DNA of 26,750 nucleotides from a virus (taxonomy: Duplodnaviria; Heunggongvirae; Uroviricota; Caudoviricetes): IMG/VR virus record IMGVR_UViG_2529293065_000012; one strand, 5' to 3'. The translations under genes and the position numbers were made by a program. This document shows, in pieces, positions 1 through 8,022 of the stretch. Position 1 is the stretch's first letter; every line of letters begins with the position of its first letter. Below the pieces are notes generated by a model. That model saw nothing but the letters and a program-made list of their open reading frames with translations. It did no database searches and was not told the origin of the DNA.

Positions 1-1005
1 TTAATCCCCCGTGGACACTGCGTGGACACTTACGCCACCTTTCAGCGGATTAAGGGCCACCGCATCCTGCAGGTAATCCGGTGCAAAATGCGCATATGCC
101 ATTGTTTGCTGAATGGTTGCGTGACCAAGAATCTTCTGAAGCGCAATAATGTTTCCTCCGTTCATCACAAAATGGCTGGCGAACGTATGCCGCAGCACAT
201 GTGCAGCCTGGCCTTTTGGTAAATCGGGCTTAACTCTTTTCAGCGCCAGGCAGAATTCCCGGTACTTCACCTCAAACAAGCTGCCTGTTTCTCTGGTTTT
301 GATCGCCTCACAAACTGCCTGCGAAATTGGCACTGTTCTCTTCCGGCCATTTTTGGTTTCAAGAAACGTTACACGGTTATGAACTATCTGTTCACCACGA
401 AGCTTACAAGCTTCACTCCAGCGCGCCCCTGTGCTTAAACACAAAAGCGCAACACGCCAGTAGTCGCCCTCCAGTGTATCGAGCAATAGCGCCACTTCCT
501 TCTGTGACAGGAACGCCATTTCTCGTGGAGATACATAAAGAATAGAAATTCCCCTTACTGGATGTTCTGCATCCCAAAGACCTATTTTTTTCAGCACGGT
601 AAACATTCCGGATAACCGATTCATGTACCTGTTAGCAGATGACGGTTTCAATCCTTCAGCTATCTTTTGAGAACGCCACGCGATAATTTTCAGCTTATCA
701 AGATCCACAGCCTGCATATCAGCGCCAAGCTCATTAATTATGTTGCGCAGTTGTTTTCGGTCTTCTTCCGCCTTACGCCTGTGCTGGCCGTGATACATCC
801 ACCACAACTCAAGCAAATCATTTAGCGTTCGACGATCACGGTAGCCCTGTATATATTCCCGCTTTTCAGCGTTCGCCATGATGTAGCGTTCAGTGGCCAC
901 CGCTACCGATTTTTTGTCAAATACCTTACGCACGCGCTTTCCCTTGCGTCCGTTCGGCCTGATGTCCAGCAAATAACGACCATCTTCGAGCTTCTTAATC
1001 GACAT
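1..1005 (-). CDS. int: P2-family tyrosine integrase
   Basis: ORF 1..1020 (-). N-terminus MSIKKLEDGRY resembles P2 Int; C-terminal HxLRHTFAS and GHATIQQTMAYAH motifs are typical of the tyrosine recombinase catalytic domain. ATG at 1003-1005 is preceded by GGAGGG. Stop codon is at the window edge. Confidence 0.9.
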   Translation of the reverse strand: MSIKKLEDGRYLLDIRPNGRKGKRVRKVFDKKSVAVATERYIMANAEKREYIQGYRDRRTLNDLLELWWMYHGQHRRKAEEDRKQLRNIINELGADMQAVDLDKLKIIAWRSQKIAEGLKPSSANRYMNRLSGMFTVLKKIGLWDAEHPVRGISILYVSPREMAFLSQKEVALLLDTLEGDYWRVALLCLSTGARWSEACKLRGEQIVHNRVTFLETKNGRKRTVPISQAVCEAIKTRETGSLFEVKYREFCLALKRVKPDLPKGQAAHVLRHTFASHFVMNGGNIIALQKILGHATIQQTMAYAHFAPDYLQDAVALNPLKGGVSVHAVSTGD

Positions 1006-1101
1006 TACGAAGCCCTCCAATGAACCGCTCTACAATTTCTCCAGCCTCTTTCCAGCAATAATCAGACCAGACAAAAAGCAGGTCTAACCAGTTTTCTGGC
1101 C

Positions 1102-1422
1102 TCAGCGGGATAATTTTTGGATTGTTTCGGTTGAAACGCGATCTCCCTCCGAATTGCAGGAACCATCAAGAGAGAGAGCCGGAGAAATTTGCCCGACCTC
1201 CGGCATCGTTTCATCTGTTGATAACCAATAAGCATACTTCTTAAATTTAGGGTGTTTCGTAACCTTAAGTAAGGCACCCTCTGTTACTTGCTTCCCCCTC
1301 ACCTCATAGTTAGTTACCGTCCCATAAGGCAGCCCAACACAATCCGCAAACTCCTGGCGGGTCATACCTTCTGCTTCACGAATCAGGCGAAATTTTTCAC
1401 CCATGCTTGACAAAGATGCCAT
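1102..1422 (-). CDS. Immunity repressor (P2 C-like); start uncertain (1422, 1440 or 1476)
   Basis: ORF 1102..1476 (-). Helix-turn-helix segment (MTRQEFADCVGLPYGTVTNYE) and C-terminal KFKKYAYWLSTDE...GQISPAL resemble the P2 C repressor as I recall it. Lies upstream of int on the same strand and divergent from cox, as in P2. Confidence 0.7.
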   Translation of the reverse strand: MASLSSMGEKFRLIREAEGMTRQEFADCVGLPYGTVTNYEVRGKQVTEGALLKVTKHPKFKKYAYWLSTDETMPEVGQISPALSLDGSCNSEGDRVSTETIQKLSR

Positions 1423-1535
1423 ATCGGGCATATCCTCCATCGCAACATGCCACATCGGGCACAAACATAAAAACACTCAAATAAGCCGATATAAGCCATT
1501 TTGAGCCATTCGAACGAATTAGGGAGATTACCACA
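1423..1535. promoter_or_regulatory. Divergent repressor/early promoter switch region with 10-bp phased direct repeats (candidate operators)
   Basis: Intergenic region between divergent repressor and cox genes. Three repeats of (A/G)AGCC(G/A)(A/T)T begin near 1483, 1493 and 1503, spaced about 10 bp. AGGGAG Shine-Dalgarno lies before the cox ATG at 1536. Confidence 0.5.
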
Positions 1536-1823
1536 ATGAGCGAATCAGAGCTTGGGGGGTTCATTCAGGTAGCACCATATCCACTTGAAGCGGTGCCATA
1601 TCAACTATTCGCCAAGATGATCGGCCGCAAGGAATCCACAGTCAGAACCATGATTGACGCAGCAAAGCTACCGACAATTGACTTTGTGAAACCAGGTTCA
1701 GTAAAGACGCGTGCATCAGAAAACTGGGTATATCTGCCAGCATTTAACGAAGGCATGCGCAAAGCGTTTTTTGAGCAACCGAAAGAACGCCGCGACGCAT
1801 GGTTGTTGTGGCTGGGACTTTAG
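1536..1823 (+). CDS. cox: Cox-like excisionase / early transcriptional regulator
   Basis: 95 aa. VPYQLFAKMIG...VRTMID...KLPTIDF...NWVYLPAFNEG...WLLWLGL closely parallels P2 Cox. Divergent from the repressor gene. Confidence 0.85.
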   Translation: MSESELGGFIQVAPYPLEAVPYQLFAKMIGRKESTVRTMIDAAKLPTIDFVKPGSVKTRASENWVYLPAFNEGMRKAFFEQPKERRDAWLLWLGL

Positions 1824-1829
1824 TCATAA

Positions 1830-2036
1830 ATGACCAGCCATATCATCAGCGCCATTCTGACCCTTGTTTTTATTGAGATAGGCGTAATAGAGATCTATTT
1901 GTTTCGCAAGTTAACGGGACATGAAGAACGCTTTATTGAACTCAGCATTGAATATATCGCCGCTTATACCAAAGGACTTTTCCCGGCAGCTATTGGGGCG
2001 ATGTTTATAGCGTTTGTTATCTGGTTTATCGGGTGA
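1830..2036 (+). CDS. Hypothetical small membrane protein (early operon)
   Basis: 68-aa ORF with two hydrophobic segments immediately after cox. No obvious Shine-Dalgarno sequence. Confidence 0.4.
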   Translation: MTSHIISAILTLVFIEIGVIEIYLFRKLTGHEERFIELSIEYIAAYTKGLFPAAIGAMFIAFVIWFIG

Positions 2037-2288
2037 GAAACCTGACAACCCACAACTACTGCAATGAGGGTAATTATGTGTGGCATGGACAAATTGGACC
2101 TTATGTTAATTGTAATACTATCAATTAACTTCGGTTACCTCTTAAGCGGCGCAATTCTCATGTGCGGAGGCAAACGAAAATGAACCAGCAGTCCGCAAAA
2201 CGTGAAAACAATGCGATGCGATTTAATCGCAAATATTTTGAGTTCGGCCTCTATGCCGGAATAATTAAATCTGTACAGAGTCTTTAAC

Positions 2289-2630
2289 ATGAAACAGCAA
2301 CGTAATTCACGCTTTCGCAATGGTGCAGAACGCCACGCTAACCGTTTTGCTACCAGTGCATCACGCAGCAACATCCGCTACAGCCTGAGTGATACACACG
2401 CAACGCCGGATGGCTACCCAGTAAAACAAATCGGCGAGCATGCCTGGCTGATTGAGAAAGCTGGAATCGTGATCCACAAATGCCCACACAATCCGTTTAC
2501 CGGAAACCGCATTTTTGCTCTAAGCAGTGGCGACAATCAGTTCGGGCAGGATTTCACATTATACGAAGCACTTCGCACGGTTGATCGTCTGCTTCGCGGG
2601 CAAAGTTTTATTAAACAGGCTGATTTATAA
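2289..2630 (+). CDS. Hypothetical early-region protein (113 aa)
   Basis: ORF track entry. Same strand and tight spacing with neighbouring early genes. Function not recognised. Confidence 0.55.
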   Translation: MKQQRNSRFRNGAERHANRFATSASRSNIRYSLSDTHATPDGYPVKQIGEHAWLIEKAGIVIHKCPHNPFTGNRIFALSSGDNQFGQDFTLYEALRTVDRLLRGQSFIKQADL

Positions 2631-2640
2631 CAGGTGCTTT

Positions 2641-2928
2641 ATGACCAAAGACCATGCACAAGGTGTATTTATCCGTTTTATTGATTTTCGCGGTGAACTG
2701 TTATTACGTGCATCCGCTATTGACGGAGTGACTCCGGCGGGTAAAAACGGAGCCGACGAAGCCACTTACGTTTATCTGAACGGCACGCGACTGCTTCTGG
2801 AACTTCCGTACCAGACCGTACGAGAAATCATTAGCGAAGCTGAAAAGGCACGCCAGGCTAATGGCGATGAACCCTATATCGAAATTATTTGTATGGATTC
2901 AGAAGCTGAAATACAGAAAGCAGATTAA
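2641..2928 (+). CDS. Hypothetical early-region protein (95 aa)
   Basis: ATG at 2641, in frame inside ORF 2527..2928, starting 11 bp after the preceding stop. Coding-like composition. Confidence 0.5.
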   Translation: MTKDHAQGVFIRFIDFRGELLLRASAIDGVTPAGKNGADEATYVYLNGTRLLLELPYQTVREIISEAEKARQANGDEPYIEIICMDSEAEIQKAD

Positions 2929-2939
2929 AGGGCGTTGTG

Positions 2940-3182
2940 ATGGGCAAAGAATATAAAACTCTCATTAACAAAGCACTTGAGCGTTTTTATTTTCGCTTAA
3001 GTGCATCAGGCGCTCATGCTGAACGTGCGGCCCGTGACTCATTGACCAGAGCAATCCGAAGTCTGTATGACGTGGCTTTTTACGCTGATGATCTGGATGC
3101 ACTTAACGAACTTTCCGAGCTGATCTGTGCCGCAGAATGCGGGGAACATATTGAACCGTATAAGCTGGGGAATATCGCATGA
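2940..3182 (+). CDS. Hypothetical early-region protein (80 aa)
   Basis: ORF 2937..3182 with ATG at 2940. Its stop overlaps the next ATG in an ATGA arrangement. Confidence 0.5.
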   Translation: MGKEYKTLINKALERFYFRLSASGAHAERAARDSLTRAIRSLYDVAFYADDLDALNELSELICAAECGEHIEPYKLGNIA

Positions 3183-3292
3183 GTATATTTATCTCATGGC
3201 TTGTTCTGATTATTTCGGTGGCCTGCGCTATTGGGATTATGCGAATTATTCATTCAATAAAAAAGATTGAACGTTTTTTCACTGGCGAATAA
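3179..3292 (+). CDS. Candidate 37-aa membrane peptide (MSIFISWLVLIISVACAIGIMRIIHSIKKIERFFTGE), below the ORF-track length cutoff
   Basis: ATG at 3179 overlaps the upstream stop (ATGA). Strongly hydrophobic N-terminus followed by a basic tail. Confidence 0.35.
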   Translation: MSIFISWLVLIISVACAIGIMRIIHSIKKIERFFTGE

Positions 3293-3378
3293 CAGAGCAA
3301 ATAAAACCACAGATAAAATAAGAAAATGTAAAAACAATCCGCATTAGCGGAGGTATTCGCACACGCCAAGGAGGCGTA

Positions 3379-3582
3379 ATGGCAATTAAGCATTTTCCTG
3401 TCGTTCGTTTTACCTCCAGAGGGCGTGAATACGAAGTCGACGAACGCCTGATTACCACAATCGACAAACACCGTTCGGAAAAGGATGCACACCACATCTA
3501 CCTCACTGACGGCACTTACTTCTGCGCCACCAACGTGGCGCGGGTGAATCTTATCCGACAGGTACAGGAGCCACGCAGATGA
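3379..3582 (+). CDS. Hypothetical early-region protein (67 aa)
   Basis: Strong ribosome-binding site AAGGAGG 6 nt upstream of the ATG. Stop overlaps the next ATG (ATGA). Confidence 0.6.
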   Translation: MAIKHFPVVRFTSRGREYEVDERLITTIDKHRSEKDAHHIYLTDGTYFCATNVARVNLIRQVQEPRR

Positions 3583-3845
3583 CCATTCTGGACTACATCG
3601 CTACCCATCCGGGTTGTAGCGGCGGAGAAATCGCCGCAGCATTGAATACCCCAACCACAGCCATCAATGCTGAGTTACGCCGACTCTGGCGCGGCGGCTT
3701 AGTCATCAGAACAAACCGCAGCACAGGTGGTCGCGCTCGCAAAGCAGGAGGCCAAGCTTCTTACCACGTAAACCCGATGCCGTTCGGGTGTAGCAATCCA
3801 CTTACTCACATGTTTAACCAGCTACTGAAGGAAACCAGAGCATGA
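3579..3845 (+). CDS. Hypothetical early-region protein (88 aa), possibly a winged-helix DNA-binding protein
   Basis: ATGA overlap at both ends. Basic, Arg/Gly-rich C-terminal half. Confidence 0.6.
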   Translation: MTILDYIATHPGCSGGEIAAALNTPTTAINAELRRLWRGGLVIRTNRSTGGRARKAGGQASYHVNPMPFGCSNPLTHMFNQLLKETRA

Positions 3846-4141
3846 GCACCATCAATCACCAGAAGCTACGCGAACTGGCATTTGCCCTGCAACGAATGGC
3901 AACGCCTCAAAAATTACTGGTATTTCGCGCAATGCTCTCGCCGTCTGCTGTGCTGGCACTGCTGGATGAGCTGGAGCACGCCAGAACCACGGCTCCTGCC
4001 ATTCGCCTGACGCTCCATCATGAAATCGCTGATTTCTGCGCGACGTTGAAGGCGCCAGGCGAACCGGAAACACCGGAAGCAATACAGCAAGAGCTGCTGC
4101 AACGCATTGACAAGGTTTTTGATTTTTTTCTGAACCAGTAA
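3842..4141 (+). CDS. Hypothetical early-region protein (99 aa)
   Basis: ATGA-coupled to the upstream gene. Coding-like composition. Confidence 0.6.
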   Translation: MSTINHQKLRELAFALQRMATPQKLLVFRAMLSPSAVLALLDELEHARTTAPAIRLTLHHEIADFCATLKAPGEPETPEAIQQELLQRIDKVFDFFLNQ

Positions 4142-4232
4142 GAAACCAGAACATGCACACACAAAAAAACCGCTTGCCATGCCGCAATCAGTCAGGTTAC
4201 ATTTCCGCTGCACCTCACAAAACGGGTGTCGG

Positions 4233-4258
4233 GTTTCGCAGCCTGCTGACTACACAAG
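4233..4258 (+). repeat. Upstream target-site module (GTTTCGCAGC ... CTACACAAG) complementary to the candidate antisense RNA
   Basis: TTCGCAG at 4235-4241 and CTACACAAG at 4250-4258. Both motifs recur at 4411-4453, and both are complementary to sequence inside 4364-4385. Confidence 0.5.
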
Positions 4259-4325
4259 CGCACAACCGCGCCAGCGGTTTTTTTGTGCGTACTGTATTGC
4301 CACGTTTTTTTCGCGTCAGAATTAT

Positions 4326-4401
4326 GGCGGGGCGTACGGGGCCGACTTCGGTCGGGCCGGGTTCTTGTGTAGCCGGTACTGCGAACCTCGTACGTCTCGC
4401 C
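4326..4401 (+). ncRNA. Candidate c4/CI-type antisense RNA (three-way junction fold, about 76 nt)
   Basis: 13-bp closing stem 4326-4338 / 4389-4401 with two G-U pairs that work only on the plus-strand transcript. Hairpin with a UUCG tetraloop at 4342-4355. Second hairpin 4360-4387 carries CUUGUGUAG (4364-4372) and CUGCGAA (4379-4385), complementary to the flanking repeats. No convincing ORF across the region. Confidence 0.45.
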
Positions 4402-4408
4402 ACCCACA

Positions 4409-4456
4409 GTTTCGCAGCTCTGGATGGTGAGTTTTCACAACTTACTACACAAGGGG
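4409..4456 (+). repeat. Downstream target-site module overlapping the ribosome-binding site of the ORF at 4464
   Basis: TTCGCAG at 4411-4417 and CTACACAAG at 4445-4453. AAGGGG Shine-Dalgarno at 4451-4456 sits 7 nt before ATG 4464. Confidence 0.5.
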
Positions 4457-4463
4457 CCACACC

Positions 4464-4655
4464 ATGGCAAACCGCAAACCACACCGCGCTATCGCGGAGC
4501 GTCGTCACATCCAGACTGAAATCAACCGCAGACTTTCCCGCGCATCACGCGTCGCGCAAATCATGCACATCAATATGCTGCATGAGCGCAGCCACGCACT
4601 ATCAAACATTTATTCCGCCTCTGTTTTCAGCTATCTGGCGGATGATCTGCACTAG
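4464..4655 (+). CDS. Small basic protein (63 aa) of unknown function, at the position icd occupies in a c4-type module
   Basis: ORF track entry. Shine-Dalgarno AAGGGG upstream. The start region is overlapped by the target repeat. Confidence 0.45.
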   Translation: MANRKPHRAIAERRHIQTEINRRLSRASRVAQIMHINMLHERSHALSNIYSASVFSYLADDLH

Positions 4656-4766
4656 CTTCAACAGCTCATCCAGCAGCAAAACAAACTCCATTAATTCCTG
4701 TTCCGGGCCTTTCCTGCACCTTGCGGCGGGAGGCCTTCGCACATCTGTAACAAGAGGATTGCCGCA

Positions 4767-5132
4767 ATGATTCTCGCCAACGACTTTCTTGAATACCTGC
4801 TCAACACAGAACGTGATCTTGCCGCTCGCGTGCGTGATCGTTATGACATGTACCTGAAATCCCTGCCTGTACCGCAGCTCGCTGACGGAAAGATTGTTAT
4901 TGATGGTCGCTACATGATTGACAGCCACGAGGGAAATTACAGGCTTTACCGCATTGAAGGTGGCACCCCGTCCGTTATTGGCATTTACCAGCGCCCATCC
5001 TCTGCAATCGTCGATGTGATTGCCGACAGCATCCGCATCACACATCGCCATGCCGACACAGAAGACACCGTGCTGGAAATTCAGCGGCTGGCTACAGTCT
5101 GCCGCGACACCCTGAATGGCATGTCGAAGTAA
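4767..5132 (+). CDS. Hypothetical protein (121 aa) immediately upstream of gene A
   Basis: Good ribosome-binding site AAGAGGA about 7 nt before the ATG. Stop lies 6 bp before the gene A start. Confidence 0.6.
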   Translation: MILANDFLEYLLNTERDLAARVRDRYDMYLKSLPVPQLADGKIVIDGRYMIDSHEGNYRLYRIEGGTPSVIGIYQRPSSAIVDVIADSIRITHRHADTEDTVLEIQRLATVCRDTLNGMSK

Positions 5133-5138
5133 ATCACT

Positions 5139-7946
5139 ATGACGGCAGAGTACATCAGGGACTGGCAACAACCGCGCCACGCAGTGGGGCGTGAAGGAAC
5201 GGGGATCCCCGCTCCTGAATCCGCGCTTTCCTCCTGGCTGGATGCCTACCGGGTAGAGAACGAGCGCTGCCAGGAAATGGCTGATGCGGCGTTCTCCGCA
5301 ACGCCGCTGGGCAACCTGATTAATAAAAGCCTGGACGCACAGGAAAAACAGGACAAAACCATCACACTGGCAGGAGACGCCAGAAAACAGGCACGCGGCG
5401 CGGTGGATGAAGCCATGGCTTCGCTGCGCCTGCTGCCGTCCTATCTGCGCGATCCGCTTATTCGCCCCCTCTCCTTCCTGCGCAAAAAACAGGAAGCCGA
5501 TCGTCAGAAAGGCAAAAAGAGCTGGCAGGCTGAACGCTACGCGCGCGGAAACCTGCGCAAAATATTCGAACGTCTGGAGCGCACCGATCACCGCTGGCTG
5601 ACACAGGGTTATCGCTCCCTTGCCGGACGCGAACGCCTGGATGATTTGCTTTACCTGCCGCAGCTCAACCAGCACCAGATACAGACGCTGGCCACCATGA
5701 CGGCGGCGATGTTCAGCAGCACCTTCGAAAAACTCTGCGATGGCTTTGGCGCGACCGATGGCGAACTGACCATGGATGTAACGCTGAAGGCGTATCAGAT
5801 GCTGGCCCGCATGGGGTTACACCTGCACGCCATGCCGCCACATTACGAAGCTCTGAACAAGAGCGATCCGGATACGGAACTGTTACCGGGCGCAATCCTT
5901 CGCCTGACCTGTGCGGAATGGTGGAAACGCAAACTGTGGCTGTTACGTTGCGAGTGGCGGGAAGAACAACTCCGCGCCGCCTGTCTGGTTTCCAGAAAAA
6001 CATCGCCCTATCTGAGCCAGGACGCGTTAAGCGAGTTTCGCGCACAGCGCGAGAAAACACGCGATTTCCTGAAAAGTTTCATGCTGGAAAACGAAGACGG
6101 GTTCACGATTGATCTCGAGACAGTGTATTACGCGGGAGTAAGTAACCCGGTTCACCGTAAGGCAGAAATGATGGCCACCATGAAGGGGCTGGAACTTCTG
6201 GCCGAAGCCCGTGGCGACAAAGCGGTGTTTCTGACCATCACCTGCCCGTCAAAATACCACGCCACAACAGAGAACGGTCATCCGAATCCCAAATGGAACG
6301 GGGCCACCATGCGCGACTCCAGCGATTACCTGGTTAACACGTTTTTTGCGGCGGTCCGCAAGAAACTGAACCGCGACGGCCTGCGCTGGTATGGCATCCG
6401 CACGGTGGAGCCTCACCATGACGGCACCGTGCACTGGCATATGATGGTCTTTGCTCATCCGGAAGAAATCGACACCATTGTGTCCCACACCCGCGATATT
6501 GCCATTCAGGAAGATCGTCACGAGCTGGGTGATGATATTACCCCACGCTTTAAGGCGGAGTACGTCGACGGCTCAAAAGGCACGCCAACCAGCTACATCG
6601 CCACCTACATCGGAAAGAACCTGGACAGCCGCGCCGTAGATGGCATCGACCCGAAAACGGGCAAGCCACGCGTTGACCACGAAACCGGAAAATCAATGGC
6701 CGAGAGCGTGGAACGCGCCATCGGCTGGGCGCGCCTTCACCGTGTCCGCCAGTTCCAGTTCTTTGGTATCCCCTCCCGTCAGGTGTGGCGTGAACTCCGC
6801 CGCCTTGCCAGCCAGATGGCACGCAACCCGGAAGGCCCGCAACGGCTGAAGGATGACGCAATGGATGCGGTACTCGCTGCCGCTGATGCCGGATGTTTTG
6901 CCACCTACATAGAGAAACAGGGCGGCGTACTTGTTCCACGCCAAGACTACCTGATTCGCACCGCCTACGACCTCGCAGATGAGCTGAACGATTACGGCGA
7001 ACAGAGCGTACAGATTTACGGGATCTGGTCGCCGCTCATCGGGGAGTCTTCCCGCGTATGCACGCATCCGGATAACTGGAAGCTGGTAAGACGCAAACCG
7101 GAAGCGGAAGACAGCTCCCACGAAAATGGTTTTGACCTTCAGGGCGGCCCTGCCGCCCCTTGGACTCGTGGCAATAACTGTCCCCGTGTACAGGAAACGG
7201 ACAACAACGGGACAGAACAGCCGGAAGAACGGCCAGCACCGTGGCCGCAGCTTCCTGACGGCGTTGACGTGAATGAATGGATGCGCTCACTGAAACGGCA
7301 CGAACGCCGGGCGCTGATGCGTTCGCTGCGTGACAAACAGGCAAAAAACAGCAGTGATGAAATGCAGAACTGGACACAGAGCCGCAAACAGCCACAGCCT
7401 TTGCCTGATAACCACGAGTTACTCGCTAAAGAATGGCGGGAGTCTGCTGAATCTCTCGGCCTGCATATCGGTGAACAGCAGATGCAGCACCTGTTACGGG
7501 GCGGCAGTCTGTACGTTGACGGCAGCATCATTGCACCGCAGGGATTTGAAATTGTACGCAAACCGGATACCCGCCCGGACAGCCGAATCACGCAGCTCTG
7601 GCAACGCCTGAGTCGTAATCACGGCGTAAGCAGCACGGAGATCCGCCATAACCCGGTCGCCAGCTATCTGGAACAACTAGAGGCATCAGACCCTGAAGCC
7701 GCCGCACGCCTGGCATCCACACTTCAGCAAGACCAGAACACCATGAAAACACCAGTTACCGTACTTTCTGACATGCTGCGCGCCATCCGCGACGCAGAGC
7801 ACGCACAGAGAATCAGTGAAACCACTGAACGCGCCCGCCGCAAAGCAGACCTGCTGCGGGGTGGCCTGAGCAGTGGAAACAAAAAACAGACAAAAACGGG
7901 ATTCACAAATCCCGTAAATGAGCAAAAAACGCGCCGCGATATATGA
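5139..7946 (+). CDS. A: Rolling-circle replication initiator endonuclease (P2 gpA family), with a long C-terminal extension
   Basis: 935 aa. HUH-type motifs (TITCPSKYHATT ... HWHMMVF) and the catalytic tyrosine region (SYIATYIGKN) match P2 A. The roughly 170 C-terminal residues are low-complexity and charged. Confidence 0.9.
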   Translation: MTAEYIRDWQQPRHAVGREGTGIPAPESALSSWLDAYRVENERCQEMADAAFSATPLGNLINKSLDAQEKQDKTITLAGDARKQARGAVDEAMASLRLLPSYLRDPLIRPLSFLRKKQEADRQKGKKSWQAERYARGNLRKIFERLERTDHRWLTQGYRSLAGRERLDDLLYLPQLNQHQIQTLATMTAAMFSSTFEKLCDGFGATDGELTMDVTLKAYQMLARMGLHLHAMPPHYEALNKSDPDTELLPGAILRLTCAEWWKRKLWLLRCEWREEQLRAACLVSRKTSPYLSQDALSEFRAQREKTRDFLKSFMLENEDGFTIDLETVYYAGVSNPVHRKAEMMATMKGLELLAEARGDKAVFLTITCPSKYHATTENGHPNPKWNGATMRDSSDYLVNTFFAAVRKKLNRDGLRWYGIRTVEPHHDGTVHWHMMVFAHPEEIDTIVSHTRDIAIQEDRHELGDDITPRFKAEYVDGSKGTPTSYIATYIGKNLDSRAVDGIDPKTGKPRVDHETGKSMAESVERAIGWARLHRVRQFQFFGIPSRQVWRELRRLASQMARNPEGPQRLKDDAMDAVLAAADAGCFATYIEKQGGVLVPRQDYLIRTAYDLADELNDYGEQSVQIYGIWSPLIGESSRVCTHPDNWKLVRRKPEAEDSSHENGFDLQGGPAAPWTRGNNCPRVQETDNNGTEQPEERPAPWPQLPDGVDVNEWMRSLKRHERRALMRSLRDKQAKNSSDEMQNWTQSRKQPQPLPDNHELLAKEWRESAESLGLHIGEQQMQHLLRGGSLYVDGSIIAPQGFEIVRKPDTRPDSRITQLWQRLSRNHGVSSTEIRHNPVASYLEQLEASDPEAAARLASTLQQDQNTMKTPVTVLSDMLRAIRDAEHAQRISETTERARRKADLLRGGLSSGNKKQTKTGFTNPVNEQKTRRDI

Positions 7947-7988
7947 AGCGCGCACAAAACAGGCGAAAACGGGATTTAAAAATCCCGT
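7896..7988. repeat. Two copies of an approximately 35-bp direct repeat, each containing a 20-bp palindrome (ACGGGATT-N4-AATCCCGT); candidate ParR-binding centromere/operator
   Basis: ACGGGATTCACAAATCCCGT at 7896-7915 and ACGGGATTTAAAAATCCCGT at 7969-7988, with similar flanks. The first overlaps the last codons of gene A; the second is 35 bp upstream of the parM-like ATG. Confidence 0.45.
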
Positions 7989-8022
7989 AAACGATTAATT
8001 AATCAACATAAGGAAAAGCTAC

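Noticed and set aside
2937-3182. FYADDLD motif suggesting a reverse transcriptase
   Set aside because: The protein is only about 80 aa and lacks the other RT motif blocks; a chance match.
4326-4405. tRNA-like gene (7-bp acceptor-like stem, about 76 nt, CC after the stem)
   Set aside because: Only three helices. The first internal hairpin has a tetraloop rather than a D-loop, there is no T-loop GTTCGAATC-type motif, and there is no anticodon arm. It fits a three-way-junction small RNA, not a cloverleaf.
4200-4470. Retron (msr-msd ncRNA with flanking inverted repeats)
   Set aside because: No reverse transcriptase ORF (no RT motif block) is adjacent or anywhere in the window. The repeats are better explained as antisense-RNA target sites.
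4153-4770. 205-aa plus-strand ORF spanning the structured region
   Set aside because: No ribosome-binding site and a Ser/Arg/Thr-rich low-complexity translation. It overlaps the hairpins, repeats and T-runs, so it is most likely a chance open frame.
4602-5675. 357-aa minus-strand ORF antisense to the 121-aa gene and the start of gene A
   Set aside because: Antisense to a well-supported conserved replication gene; a typical spurious long frame in GC-balanced DNA.
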